A stretch of 57,949 bases of DNA, from positions 1 to 57,949 of the IMG/VR virus record IMGVR_UViG_3300045391_002368. One strand, 5' to 3'. The translations under genes and the position numbers were made by a program. How positions within the stretch are numbered: the first letter of the stretch is position 1; every line of letters starts with the position of its first letter. Below the pieces are notes generated by a model that had not been told where the DNA came from, made no database searches, and was given only the letters and a program-made list of their open reading frames with translations. Shown piece by piece: positions 34,141 to 44,808 of the stretch. This DNA comes from a virus.

Positions 34141-36645
34141 TTATATAAGCTTCTTCGCAGCGCTACCGCTGAGCCTAGGGCTAGGATTGGCGAATACTGG
34201 CTTGGGGATATCGAAGGGAAGGACAGCATCCTTCGCAGAGTTACCCACGGAACCCACATTGGGAGTGGCACCAGGAGCAGCCCACATAACCTGATTAGCT
34301 AGAGTAGCATTTCTGGTTCCGAGAAGCTGATCAGCTTTCTCCCGGTACTTCCTCACTGTGTCAGAGAGACTTCCAGCAAGGTGCTTGAGGGTATCGACCT
34401 GAACGAGACGGGGATCCCGATCGCCACTACCATGTTCCCATTCCAGAATCTGGTCGTCTAGATCCTTCTTCATCTTCTCGATATCGTCGGCCTTCTTCTG
34501 GAAGTCTAGGATGGTACCCATGGTCGGAACGTTCCCACCTGGGGCTCCTCCCTGACTTTCCGTCGTCTCGTAGTGGACGTCCGATCCGGTAGGACCCTGG
34601 ATCTTGTAGAGGGGATTGAGGATCTCCAGCGTATTCCTCCTGGCATTCATCTCGACCTGCTGCTGCACGGCCTTCTGTACTGTCGGAGCTAGAGATCCGA
34701 ATACCTTCGGGGAATCCTGGAGGGATAGCAACTCGGAATCCGATAGTGCTGCATCCGCTATCTCCGGAACAGTAATCTCCCCATCGAGGGAAGCATCCCG
34801 GAGCTTAGTGAAGAGCATTCGATCGGTGCCAGATAGCTGAGCCGCCTTATTCTCGACCCCGATCGGGGCATAGGTAGTAGCCTTCCCCGAGACTGCATCG
34901 GCTAGGCTAGCCTTCGGATTCTGCTTGAGAAGGTTCTGGCGAATGGTCTCGCCATCGTCGAGCTTACCGTCGCCGTCCGAGTCGAGGAATAGAGCAGCCT
35001 TCTCAGGCTCACCGAGGCCTAGGGTCTGGAGGGCCTTGCCATCCTCGATAACCGATTGCATCCACTTAGAGTCATACTGACCCCCACCGACCATCGACAC
35101 GAGCGTATCGATATCGGCAGGGTCTATGTTCTCCAGCTGCTCTCGCATCTTCTTATTGGCCAGGAGGTCATCGATGGCCTTCGAGGAACCATTCGGCTTG
35201 CCGTACTCATCGAGACGAAGCTTACTGAGGGTATCGGCATCTGCCTTTGCTATCTCGTCAGCGAGGCCGGGGTCGGCACCTACCAACTTATTGAGGCCCT
35301 CGACATATGACTTCTGCTGCTCCGGCGGAAGCTTCTGCATCGCCTGGAATACAGGGACCTTAGAGGTGTCTATTGCCTTCGTGCTGAGGGCGGTAGGATC
35401 CCAGTTCGGAACTATCTTCTTCAGTAGCCCCGGGTCCATCTCGGTACCGCCCACGGTACCGAGAGAGGCAGCGGCTTTGCTGGTGTCTATCAGCTTCTGC
35501 TCACCAGCCTGCATTTGCTTGGCGGCCTCACCGAGAGCCTTCTGGTTCTTCGTGATCCAGCCGACGAAGGCAGGCTCGGAAGCTGCGAAGGCCTTCGCCT
35601 CCTTCGAGTTCGGATCGGAGAGGAAGGTGGTGATCATCTTCGAGACGTTCTCATCCGAGAGCAACTCGTCGATCTTCCACTGCTTACCGCCGAAGCCCAC
35701 AGTATCGGCCCGAGCGATCTGGTCGGCAATGTTACGCATCCCAGCTTCGACAGTGGCAGTACCGGTAGCCTGGGCCTCTGCCACGTTCTGGTGGGCCACC
35801 CCACGCTCAGCGGCTCCGAGATTGGCGTTCGACGCAGCCTGCTGCTGTCCCGCCTCGGTGGCAAACTTGTTACCGACTATCGAGCTGACGGTACTCTCTA
35901 GGTCAGGAATGGACATCTTCCCGAGCTTATCCGCAGGGACTCCGAGGAGGCTCGACAGAGAAGCTAGGTTGTAGCCGAATGCCGGAAGACCCGTGAGGTC
36001 CCCAACTGTGAGGTTATTTCGAATGGCATCCGCACCCGTTCGGGCGATCGCATCCGGAACTGCCTCATATAACTGCTGGACCTGAGTAGGGTCTATGACG
36101 GTGGCGAGGTTCCGACCGAGCAGCTGATTGATCTGCTTAGCTGCTTCGAGGTCCTTACCCCCACTATCCCGGTACGTGGTGAGAGTTCTATTGAGATTGG
36201 CGAGACCCTTCGGGTCAGTGGGAAGGCCTGTAACTCCCGGGGCCGAGAGGTTACTGTGCTGCGCTGCAGTAGCCGAGATCTTGTCGAAGGCAGTATCGAT
36301 GAGCTGCTGAGCCCGTTCCCCGGTAGCACCGAGGGCCTGATACTTCTTCGCCTCACTGGCTTCCTTCGCCTCGGACGTAGTCTTCTGACTACGGACCTGA
36401 CGTCTAGCCTCGGCCTCTTCGAGAGTCTGCGAAGGGTCCACGGACTGGCGCATGGCGTTCTGGACTTGCGCCGGACTACCCACCATCTTCTGCTGCTGGG
36501 GAGTAGCCCCGATGGTGGCAGCTCCGACAACTCCGGTGGGAGCGGCAGGTATGCCAGCCTGTCCAGCCAGTTGCTGGAGGGTACCGTCGGCACCTCGAAC
36601 AAGCTTCTGGCTATTCTTCCGTATAGTATCTTGTAGGCTAGCCAT
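34141..36645 (-). CDS. Large (834 aa) virion protein of unknown function.
   Basis: ORF with N-terminus MASLQDTIRKN. Confidence 0.55.
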   Translation of the reverse strand: MASLQDTIRKNSQKLVRGADGTLQQLAGQAGIPAAPTGVVGAATIGATPQQQKMVGSPAQVQNAMRQSVDPSQTLEEAEARRQVRSQKTTSEAKEASEAKKYQALGATGERAQQLIDTAFDKISATAAQHSNLSAPGVTGLPTDPKGLANLNRTLTTYRDSGGKDLEAAKQINQLLGRNLATVIDPTQVQQLYEAVPDAIARTGADAIRNNLTVGDLTGLPAFGYNLASLSSLLGVPADKLGKMSIPDLESTVSSIVGNKFATEAGQQQAASNANLGAAERGVAHQNVAEAQATGTATVEAGMRNIADQIARADTVGFGGKQWKIDELLSDENVSKMITTFLSDPNSKEAKAFAASEPAFVGWITKNQKALGEAAKQMQAGEQKLIDTSKAAASLGTVGGTEMDPGLLKKIVPNWDPTALSTKAIDTSKVPVFQAMQKLPPEQQKSYVEGLNKLVGADPGLADEIAKADADTLSKLRLDEYGKPNGSSKAIDDLLANKKMREQLENIDPADIDTLVSMVGGGQYDSKWMQSVIEDGKALQTLGLGEPEKAALFLDSDGDGKLDDGETIRQNLLKQNPKASLADAVSGKATTYAPIGVENKAAQLSGTDRMLFTKLRDASLDGEITVPEIADAALSDSELLSLQDSPKVFGSLAPTVQKAVQQQVEMNARRNTLEILNPLYKIQGPTGSDVHYETTESQGGAPGGNVPTMGTILDFQKKADDIEKMKKDLDDQILEWEHGSGDRDPRLVQVDTLKHLAGSLSDTVRKYREKADQLLGTRNATLANQVMWAAPGATPNVGSVGNSAKDAVLPFDIPKPVFANPSPRLSGSAAKKLI

Positions 36646-36839
36646 GTGCTCTCTTCCTATCGGCTACTATACCAGCTACTACTAGCTCGTGGAAGAGCTC
36701 AGTAGGAGTGTACTGCAAGCTTGAGGTGTAAGCATGCTTGTGACCCCAGATTCCTATATCTTCGCTTGTCCTCGCAGGCCCTGTCAAGGCCTTTCGGGGA
36801 CCTCCAGTAATTTCCGCCTGGTGTATAGAGTACACGGGG

Positions 36840-39800
36840 TTACTTGCTCCCCGTCTGCTGGGCAGAGGTGATACCTTGCGTAGATAGCCCATCGATTCTA
36901 CAGTCGATTCCGGAGATATCCAGAGGCTCGTCGATGCCCGAGTTCTCGATCTCTATCGAGAAGTAGACCCCCCTCCGACGGTCTGTGGTATGTACTATCG
37001 TGTAGATAGCCTGATTGGGGACGTCGTCTATGCCGCTGGTAGTTCTGTTGTGCGGGATGATGATAGGCGTAGTATCCCGATATTCCTCGGAAGTATCTGT
37101 CGATAGCCGCAGTACCGTGCCGGTATTGCGTACATCTGTACGGTACTTCGTGATGATCCTATCGAGGATCTTCCGGATGCCTGCATTACCGAAGTCGAGA
37201 TCTCTAGTCCGCATGCGGGTAGTGATGGCAGAGTCGTCGTCTCGGTAGTTGGTGTCCCGCTCTTCATCGCTCTGGAGGCGCCTCACAGATAGCACTCTGC
37301 CGCCCGTAGTTGCCATGTAGGCGTCCTGGCCGAGGTTGGCCCACCCGGTACTGGGGTGGTTATCGTAACGAGTCCAGGCGCCCTGCTTGCCCTCGTCTTC
37401 CCCGGTGTGGTTGTAGACGAATACCTCGGAGTTCTCGGACCCCGAGTCAGTGATCGGAACCGATAGCTTGTAGGAGCGACCCACCCCGTAGTGGTGGCCC
37501 TGGGCGATACTGAGTTCGGTCTTCTCGACTCGGTCCCAGTTTCTCTCCATGTATTTCCCGAGATACTGTATGGACAGGTCCCGTCTCAGGCAGTACATGC
37601 CGGACTCATTGGCGAACATGATCCCCTTCTTCGAGGACGAGACAGAGTAGGGGGCTGTGCAGCCGAGCCCTTCGGTCTCGATCCTCTGGATGGGATTCCT
37701 GCCGTTTCTCTTCTCATTGAGGTCGACTAGATAGATCGAGTTCTGCTTGAAGCAGACGAGGACCGTGGACTGCTGGGCAGCCCCGAAGGTGGCCTCGCCG
37801 AAGAATGGAATGATGGCGGTGATGTCCTGACCATCCGCCGGATTCACGTCGATGGCAGAGTCGGAGTCCGTCGCCAGAACAGCAGTGGGGGAATCGAATA
37901 TCTCCGGGTAGTTCTCGTAGCTGGCCAGCACCCGGCTCGGATACACTCGGGTGATGGCCGAGATCTCGGCTGAGGCAGCACGGCGGATATCATTCACGAA
38001 TACGTCGAACCCGCTGATCGAGGACGGAAGAACCAGTTCGAGGGTCGTGGAGTCAGCTCTCGGCTGGCGAACGACCAGACGTCCTGCCTTCCCAGAGTCG
38101 TTGCCCCCGGTTGCAGTCAGCCAGGGCACGAATGTGGACATCCCCGTGATGGTGGTGTCCGTCATCCTCATCACTGCATTGATGGCCATAGACATACGAC
38201 GCATCGAATCGAAAAGAGCTGAGTTGTTCAGTAGTAAGAACGAGTTACCATTCACCATCCCGAGGTTGCCATCTAGCCCGAGAAGTACAGGGACATCGGT
38301 GGGGTCTGTGGCTACGACATACTTATTAGGGTACGTACCGGGGTCAGCGACACCGGGGTAGTTGATGGTTACGGTAGTTCCTGCTAGATCCGCAATCTGC
38401 CACCAACCACTGAGCACTAGATTCTTACCGGTAGTATAGACCTGATCGTAAGTCAGATAGATCCAGTCGCCTGGAGCCGTAGCCGCTGGGAGATTCGTAG
38501 CCACGAACTTGAACTTATTGGCGGTACTGAAATCGAAGGTCCCCGCATCATCCGTGGTTCCGCTCACGAACTGGAAGGTAACCCTACTGACCATATCCGT
38601 AGTAGTACCGGTGTCGGAACTATCTCGACGGAATAGGAACTTCTTCCCATTGAGGGTGGAGTTTACGACTGTTCCGTCTCCACTCAGCTGGATGTCTAGT
38701 TGTGGGTAGTCAGTGATATTAGCTAGGACGAGACTATTTCCGATGGAGGTTACATATTTCGATCGGAGCGGTTCCTGCCAGCCGACCCCGAGCTCGGATC
38801 CCTTGAGGGCAGTATTGACGGGATCGAGATCGATGAGAGCATCATCCGAGAACACGTCGGTGTAGAGGAAGTATCCCTTCCCATTGTCGAATCCCACCTG
38901 GGCTACGCCCGGTAGCTTATAGAAGGGAGCTGATAGAGACTGCTTCGTGCGGTAGACCTGGACATCTATCCTGTCGTAGTCGTAGACGTCCCAGGCTGGG
39001 AACCCGACTCCCCGGATCTGGACTGCTGCCGAAGCGCCGAGCTGTACCACATGATCCTGATAGCCAGTCACTGCGGATGCTACAATATTGTTATTGGCAT
39101 CCACTGCATTGAGCCGGAAATAGTACCGGAACGTGGCTATCTCGCTGATGGTTCCAGTCGATGCTACTGAACTACTCAGGGCCCGATCGACGAGGACATA
39201 GTAGCTGGTCCCATCGTCTGTGTATTCTCGGATCGTATAGCTCTTCGTATCTCCTTGGATTAGCACCGTAGACCCGACCGGAATGACGCCTGCATCTCCT
39301 GCAGAAATAGTCAGTCGGCCTAGAGCGGCATCTTTCGGGTTGTAGGAGATACTGCGGACATCTATCTGGAGTTTCGTAGAAGCGCCAATATTCTGTATGA
39401 GGAATAGGCCGGGTTGCCACGGGAAGAGTCCGGCACGATAGTTATTTACCCCGTCGTACTTGTAAGCCTCATCTTCGCTGTTCTCTAGATAGAGGTTGTC
39501 CCCCACCATCGAGGACCTGAGAAAGGCCTGATCTCCATACGAGCTACTGTCGAAGTACCGGGTATGGGTTGTCGGCGTCAGATTGAAGGAGTCATCTGGA
39601 GCCTCGATCGAAATCCAGCGGGCTGCCGTGTAGTAGTAGGACGAATCGTCGGTGCTATCTTCCCACTCTATTTCCTCGTCTAGTTCCACCGTCTTACCGG
39701 CGAGTGTGGCTCCGGAGAAACCTGCCGATTCTGTGGAATCGAAGGTCATTTCGGTAGTTGAGGTAATCGCCGTGATAGTCTGTACGCCAGTATAGGCCCC

Positions 39801-42038
39801 AGCCTGGAGGAGAAGGATCTTCCCTCCTACTCGGAAGGCGGAAGTATCCCCGGACCCTAGCGTTATTGTCGCTTCCTCGGCAGCTGTGTCTACTGTGATG
39901 TCCACAGTGAGATCGCTATTCGGATTGATCGCCAGGACTCGAAGGAGTCTATCGAGAGTCGAGGAGGCAAGCATGTCTCCTCGTACTAGATTCGTGACCG
40001 ACGGAGTGGCGCTCGGTTGGGCGCTGCGCATCGGAATCACGGATGAAGTACGAGCAGACGGAGTGAGGACCCCACCCGGAACTGAGACTAGATCCACTAC
40101 CCCATCAATGACCGTACTGGTTCCACTGCTGGAGAGAGTGGTACAGATGAGCGTGTCCCCGAATGCACTACACTTCACCGTGTCACCGGGGATGAGTGTC
40201 GAATCGGTCAGCCACACCATATGATCTGTGAATATGCCCCCATCTCCCTGGCAGCCAGTATCATCCCAATCCGACGAGGATACCGAATCATTCTCTACAT
40301 AGATGTCGATAGAGTCTGTGCCGTCGGTAATTTGCCTGATACGGAATGTTCCGTTGTGACGAACGAAGGGCATATTCCGGAGGGTCAGCCAGTCTTCGAG
40401 TTCCGACGTCGTAGAGATGACCGCCGATAGGGTAGTCGGAGTTCCGGTAGAATCGAGAATCTGCTTATTGGGCAGCGAGATAGTATACTTCGTATATCCG
40501 GTACCGGAGTCGTAAGCAGCGGCAGTGACTACAGCCCAGTTAGTAGCAGATAGATCTGCCGTGACATAGCCTCTAGTCCTGGCCGGAGTATCCCCGGTTT
40601 CCCAGAATAGCGGCCCTAGGGTCCTGTTGCCCGCTGTGCGGAGGAGCAGGTCGGGATAGAGGAGGGCATAGTCGTAGGTGGACGCTGCTGTCTCGTAGTC
40701 CTCGGCAGCGAACAGGTTGCCACCTAGACCCGATACGAGACGGTGCTCTCCGGCAGCTCGGTAGCTATCGATGTGGGTAGTCCACCCGGACCTGCCGGAC
40801 TTCTGAGCCCCATAGATCTCGGAGTGATCGAGGCCCCAGACCGTCAGCTGGGGAGCAGTGTCTGTCGCATTGGTAGTAACTGAGGAGTCAGTGACACACA
40901 GCTGATTACTGCGGATGACCCCATAGTCGTAGTACACATAGACGCTACGGGCACTCGGAGAGGCATTCGTGAACGAGAGGGTCGCCTCCTGGGTAGTGTC
41001 GTCGTAGGAGATAGAATCCGGAATGACGAGTTCCTTATCCCCACCTGGAGTTGTTTCGAGATACACCCCATAGAAGATCCAGGGACTTGTTAGGTCGGAG
41101 ATGAGGATCGTTCCGGTGGAGCTAGCTGCCACCGATCCGAGTTCCGTATTGGTTACCGGAGCCGCCTCTAGGATCACGTAGTACGTTCCAGCAGTACCAC
41201 TCGTGATAGTTACATCAACTCCACCATTCGAGTGGATGACGACAGAATCCGGAGTACTCAACTCCCGAGTAGTCCCGTTATCTTTCTGTACCTGGCATAG
41301 GATATTGAAGTTGCTGAGGGAATGTGTCCCCGCAGATATAGACAGTGTCTCGCTACCAGTACCGCCGTGAGAGAAGGTACCAATGTAGGTACGTCCGGCC
41401 TCAGCAGTCTGGTCCTTGTAGAACACGAACGCATCTATATCGGCGCCCGTATTGTTCTGGTAGGTAACGGAGAGATCCTTCGAGGACTCATCCACCGAGA
41501 TAGTAGGTAGGACCTGGCTATTCGAACTGTTCCCCGAACTGGTAGATTCCACTAGGCCTGCGAACAGGTTCGTGGTAGCGATTCCGTGCTCGTCGGAGGT
41601 GATGGTGAGGGTATGGCTGGCGCCATCCCCAGTTAGTACTTTCCGAGTCGGAATGCTGATGGCGGAGTAGTAGTGAGCTGTATCCCCGGCAGTAGTGAAC
41701 GGACCACCAGAGGAGATCGAGCTGCTGCGTCCGTAGACAACTATCGGAGTCGAGCGGATACCACTGAGATCCACTACGGTATCCGAGAGGGATATCGAGG
41801 AGTCGAGAGTGAGGCAGACCTGGTTAGTACTGTCGATATACTGGAGACTACTCACCCGGACTGGCAGGTTACCTGCATAGCCCTGGAGGCCCGGACGTTT
41901 CCTCGGCCTCTTCTCGATGATGTCCACATTGAGCAGATCCTTCGCAAACCCGGGATCGATCTGGTTCTCTGCAGAACGTGCGTCGATTCCGAATGAGAAG
42001 TCTGATTCTGGACTAATTACGAAGCTAGTATTAGGCAT
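36840..42038 (-). CDS. Giant (1732 aa) tail/nozzle-type structural protein.
   Basis: Largest ORF in the window, beta-rich throughout. It follows the adaptor genes. The function is inferred from size and context. Confidence 0.55.
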   Translation of the reverse strand: MPNTSFVISPESDFSFGIDARSAENQIDPGFAKDLLNVDIIEKRPRKRPGLQGYAGNLPVRVSSLQYIDSTNQVCLTLDSSISLSDTVVDLSGIRSTPIVVYGRSSSISSGGPFTTAGDTAHYYSAISIPTRKVLTGDGASHTLTITSDEHGIATTNLFAGLVESTSSGNSSNSQVLPTISVDESSKDLSVTYQNNTGADIDAFVFYKDQTAEAGRTYIGTFSHGGTGSETLSISAGTHSLSNFNILCQVQKDNGTTRELSTPDSVVIHSNGGVDVTITSGTAGTYYVILEAAPVTNTELGSVAASSTGTILISDLTSPWIFYGVYLETTPGGDKELVIPDSISYDDTTQEATLSFTNASPSARSVYVYYDYGVIRSNQLCVTDSSVTTNATDTAPQLTVWGLDHSEIYGAQKSGRSGWTTHIDSYRAAGEHRLVSGLGGNLFAAEDYETAASTYDYALLYPDLLLRTAGNRTLGPLFWETGDTPARTRGYVTADLSATNWAVVTAAAYDSGTGYTKYTISLPNKQILDSTGTPTTLSAVISTTSELEDWLTLRNMPFVRHNGTFRIRQITDGTDSIDIYVENDSVSSSDWDDTGCQGDGGIFTDHMVWLTDSTLIPGDTVKCSAFGDTLICTTLSSSGTSTVIDGVVDLVSVPGGVLTPSARTSSVIPMRSAQPSATPSVTNLVRGDMLASSTLDRLLRVLAINPNSDLTVDITVDTAAEEATITLGSGDTSAFRVGGKILLLQAGAYTGVQTITAITSTTEMTFDSTESAGFSGATLAGKTVELDEEIEWEDSTDDSSYYYTAARWISIEAPDDSFNLTPTTHTRYFDSSSYGDQAFLRSSMVGDNLYLENSEDEAYKYDGVNNYRAGLFPWQPGLFLIQNIGASTKLQIDVRSISYNPKDAALGRLTISAGDAGVIPVGSTVLIQGDTKSYTIREYTDDGTSYYVLVDRALSSSVASTGTISEIATFRYYFRLNAVDANNNIVASAVTGYQDHVVQLGASAAVQIRGVGFPAWDVYDYDRIDVQVYRTKQSLSAPFYKLPGVAQVGFDNGKGYFLYTDVFSDDALIDLDPVNTALKGSELGVGWQEPLRSKYVTSIGNSLVLANITDYPQLDIQLSGDGTVVNSTLNGKKFLFRRDSSDTGTTTDMVSRVTFQFVSGTTDDAGTFDFSTANKFKFVATNLPAATAPGDWIYLTYDQVYTTGKNLVLSGWWQIADLAGTTVTINYPGVADPGTYPNKYVVATDPTDVPVLLGLDGNLGMVNGNSFLLLNNSALFDSMRRMSMAINAVMRMTDTTITGMSTFVPWLTATGGNDSGKAGRLVVRQPRADSTTLELVLPSSISGFDVFVNDIRRAASAEISAITRVYPSRVLASYENYPEIFDSPTAVLATDSDSAIDVNPADGQDITAIIPFFGEATFGAAQQSTVLVCFKQNSIYLVDLNEKRNGRNPIQRIETEGLGCTAPYSVSSSKKGIMFANESGMYCLRRDLSIQYLGKYMERNWDRVEKTELSIAQGHHYGVGRSYKLSVPITDSGSENSEVFVYNHTGEDEGKQGAWTRYDNHPSTGWANLGQDAYMATTGGRVLSVRRLQSDEERDTNYRDDDSAITTRMRTRDLDFGNAGIRKILDRIITKYRTDVRNTGTVLRLSTDTSEEYRDTTPIIIPHNRTTSGIDDVPNQAIYTIVHTTDRRRGVYFSIEIENSGIDEPLDISGIDCRIDGLSTQGITSAQQTGSK

Positions 42039-42511
42039 AACTGCACATGTCCTTTGTGCAACTTACGATGACACGGAGCACATAACACAGCTATATTTTC
42101 TGGTGTATTATTGTCACAATTGTTGTCGATATGGTGCAAATCTAGGCAATAGTCATGAGCAGAATAGTCAGCAGAGCATATCTCGCATTTCTTTGCCTTA
42201 TGTTCCCAGATCCATTTTCTCAGATTTCTGGATCGATTCGAGTTTCGGTATCGTCTCTGTTTGCGTAGCTGTCGTCTGACAGATTCAGTTCTAGCCGAGT
42301 TAGATCGGCACTCAATACTGCAATATTTCTTATCTGTTCTACTCGGAGAAGCTTCTACTAGCTTTGCACATCCTCGGCAGGTGAACTTAACTCTATTTAG
42401 ATATTGAGTATGATTCTGACACTGTTTCGAACAGAATGTGGCTGTCCCGCTTCTGTGCATTGGAACAGAGAAGGTCGAATTACAGGACTTGCAGATCACT
42501 GAAACTGACAT
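42017..42511 (-). CDS. HNH homing endonuclease.
   Basis: LDLHHIDNNCDNNTPENIAVLCAPCHRKLH plus several CxxC pairs. GC is about 40% by hand count of 100 nt, against about 55-60% in the flanking genes. Confidence 0.85.
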   Translation of the reverse strand: MSVSVICKSCNSTFSVPMHRSGTATFCSKQCQNHTQYLNRVKFTCRGCAKLVEASPSRTDKKYCSIECRSNSARTESVRRQLRKQRRYRNSNRSRNLRKWIWEHKAKKCEICSADYSAHDYCLDLHHIDNNCDNNTPENIAVLCAPCHRKLHKGHVQLCLILAS

Positions 42512-42664
42512 CTATTTCTTCTTTTTCTTGGGGATATCTGCCCCGCTCCTTCGAGCTTCGTCTAGAGAAATCGCTACAGCTTGCTTAGGCTTATAACCCT
42601 CTTCCCGGAGCTTCCTGATATTCGAGGATACAGTCTTCTTACTGCTGCCCTTCTGTAGTGGCAT
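42512..42664 (-). CDS. Small conserved basic phage protein (50 aa).
   Basis: Found by reading the sequence: MPLQKGSSKKTVSSNIRKLREEGYKPKQAVAISLDEARRSGADIPKKKKK. It resembles a widespread small phage protein family. Its stop abuts the HNH ATG (TAGATG). Confidence 0.45.
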   Translation of the reverse strand: MPLQKGSSKKTVSSNIRKLREEGYKPKQAVAISLDEARRSGADIPKKKKK

Positions 42665-42804
42665 ATCAGCGGAATCCCTTCTTCATTAGCCTGCGAATCA
42701 TTCCCGGCCCAGACTTTCTACTGCGGCCCTGTTGCCTGACCGTCAGTAATTTTCCGAGTGGGAGAGCGTCGATATTGTGGAAGCCAGGAGATCCGCTGCT
42801 GCTG

Positions 42805-43431
42805 CTACTTTCCATTGCGGATGATTCCTTTCTTTCTCATTTCTGCTAGTGTATCGAGGGCACTTCTGCGGGTCGGATCCACCCCGGTTTCGTCGTAGAA
42901 TGCCTTCGCTTCCCCGGATATCTTCGGGGGCTTCGGGACACGAGGGGCTGCTTCCGCTGCCTGCTCCGCTGTTCCGGAATAATCGAATCCGCCAGCTGCG
43001 GCCTCACGGGCTGCAGCCTGCTGCTTACCGTAGTCTGCCAGCGCACGTCCTGCAGGAGAGTGTTCTCCGACGGTGAGGACGGGCTTACCTGCGGTATCGG
43101 TGAATACCGTATGGCCGCCCAGTCGGATGTCCTCTGCCGCTGCACTGACCTTCGCTTCCGGGATTCCGAGATCTAGAAGCTTCCGGATGAAACCCTTGCC
43201 GGCTGTAGCAGCCTTAGCTGGAGCAGCTTCGATCAGGCCGACAGGCATGCCCTGTTCGGACACGCCCGTGAATTCGGGCTTTCCCGTACGCTCACTGATA
43301 CGGCGCTGGAGATTCCTGTAGCTCTCCTCGTCTGCCTTCTCAGCAGCAAGGCGCTCCTTCTCTTCCTCGGGCGGCTCGTCGTTACCAAAGATACGGTCCC
43401 AGAGAGCTACCCTATTATCTGCATCAGCCAT
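42805..43431 (-). CDS. Virion-module protein of unknown function.
   Basis: 208-aa ORF. Confidence 0.5.
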   Translation of the reverse strand: MADADNRVALWDRIFGNDEPPEEEKERLAAEKADEESYRNLQRRISERTGKPEFTGVSEQGMPVGLIEAAPAKAATAGKGFIRKLLDLGIPEAKVSAAAEDIRLGGHTVFTDTAGKPVLTVGEHSPAGRALADYGKQQAAAREAAAGGFDYSGTAEQAAEAAPRVPKPPKISGEAKAFYDETGVDPTRRSALDTLAEMRKKGIIRNGK

Positions 43432-43434
43432 AGG

Positions 43435-44427
43435 TTACTCGTAATACCAACGGCGAGTGGGGACGCCCCAGTTCTGGGACCTCTTCTGCACTCGCATCTT
43501 CTTCTCTCTTCCGACCCAGGTACGTTCGACCTGCTTCTCGAACTTGTCGAGAACCTGCTCTTCGGAAGCAACATCCCCACCCCCGAGTCTCTGGCTGCGG
43601 ATCTGGCAGACAGCGAACTGGACTAGGAAGTTCGAGGTAGGCTGTCCGTAGTAGGGCACGCAGATGCCCTGCACTGAGCAGAGATAATCATCCTCAGAGA
43701 TATCGAGGTCGGAGAGAGCTCCCGACACATCCCTATTGAGGACTGTGGATCTCGACGGCACAGTGCGGAAGGAGATCTTATTTTCTGCAATATTCGAGAT
43801 CTGGAGAGTTCCCCGAATGACCCCGGTCTGTCCGTCGATCACATTGACATAGCTACCCAGCTGATCGATCTCGGTAGTCAGGCCATCACCAGCCTCGTCC
43901 ACGATCACGTAGTTCGCAGCTGTACTGATGCGGGTGATTCGTCCCTGAGGAAGGACGAGGTCCTCTGCGTTGCGCAGCACCCATATCCGGGGCTGATAGG
44001 TCCCGGTAGGCTGCGGCACGAAGCGAATCTTTCGGCCATAGAGACAGTAGTAGTAGGGGAGGTTAGTCTTACTGGCACTCTCGTAGTTACTGATATCCCG
44101 GAAGGATATCCTCTGACATTCCCGGAAAGAGCGTCCACCACTGCCGCTAGCCGGCACAGCGAACTCCACCTTCAGGAGGCGATCCTCGAATACATCCTCG
44201 GGGATGTCGTACTCAGAGGTAGTACCTGTGACCGTGATAGCCCCTTCGAGGGGCGCCAGAATAGGCTCCGGATACTTCCGGGCGAGGATGTCGAAGGCGA
44301 AAGCCTGGGCCCTGTTCAGCGCTGGAAGAATGTCCGCCGTAGTGTCTACAGAGTCCGCATTCTCCTCATTGAGGAGGCTGCGAACCTCGTCTACTAGGTT
44401 GTCTGTCGTATAGAGCAGTCTCGGCAT
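43435..44427 (-). CDS. Head-tail adaptor or tail-tube-A-type structural protein candidate.
   Basis: 330-aa ORF upstream of the nozzle gene. The call is inferred from context. Confidence 0.4.
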   Translation of the reverse strand: MPRLLYTTDNLVDEVRSLLNEENADSVDTTADILPALNRAQAFAFDILARKYPEPILAPLEGAITVTGTTSEYDIPEDVFEDRLLKVEFAVPASGSGGRSFRECQRISFRDISNYESASKTNLPYYYCLYGRKIRFVPQPTGTYQPRIWVLRNAEDLVLPQGRITRISTAANYVIVDEAGDGLTTEIDQLGSYVNVIDGQTGVIRGTLQISNIAENKISFRTVPSRSTVLNRDVSGALSDLDISEDDYLCSVQGICVPYYGQPTSNFLVQFAVCQIRSQRLGGGDVASEEQVLDKFEKQVERTWVGREKKMRVQKRSQNWGVPTRRWYYE

Positions 44428-44461
44428 ACTCTCTCCCAGTTAGTTCGGAGGACCCCAGTAC

Positions 44462-44803
44462 TCAGTACCTGCCCTTACCCTTCGGGGCCATGTCCATGCC
44501 GAGATCCATATCCCCGTCGCCACCTTCCGGTTCGCCCTCTTCGAGCTTATTCAGAAGGCCACGCTTCTTCACCTCGGCCATCAGGTCCTCGTCGGACATG
44601 CCAGCCAGGGCATCATCGCCGTGCTTCTCGATTCCCAGTTCTTCTTCTCGTTTCTGATATTCCGGAGATTCCGCAGCCTCGTCTTCCGGAGACTCATTCT
44701 CTTCCGCCATCTCCATCTCGCTGACATCGAGATCGTTGCCACGCTTGCTTGGCATCGGCATGTCGGAGAGATTACGCTTTTTCTTTTTCTGTGCCATGTC
44801 CAT
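44462..44803 (-). CDS. Highly acidic small protein (113 aa).
   Basis: EMEMAEENESPEDEAAESPEYQKREEE. Confidence 0.5.
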   Translation of the reverse strand: MDMAQKKKKRNLSDMPMPSKRGNDLDVSEMEMAEENESPEDEAAESPEYQKREEELGIEKHGDDALAGMSDEDLMAEVKKRGLLNKLEEGEPEGGDGDMDLGMDMAPKGKGRY

Positions 44804-44808
44804 ACTAT

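Noticed and set aside
35126-35974. 282-aa plus-strand ORF antisense to the 834-aa virion gene. Similar antisense ORFs occur at 2570..3394, 12931..13857, 14903..15673, 19204..19902, 28070..28792 and 53895..54620.
   Set aside because: All lie inside longer, motif-supported genes on the opposite strand. They have low-complexity Arg/Ser/Pro-rich translations, which are typical GC-driven shadow ORFs.
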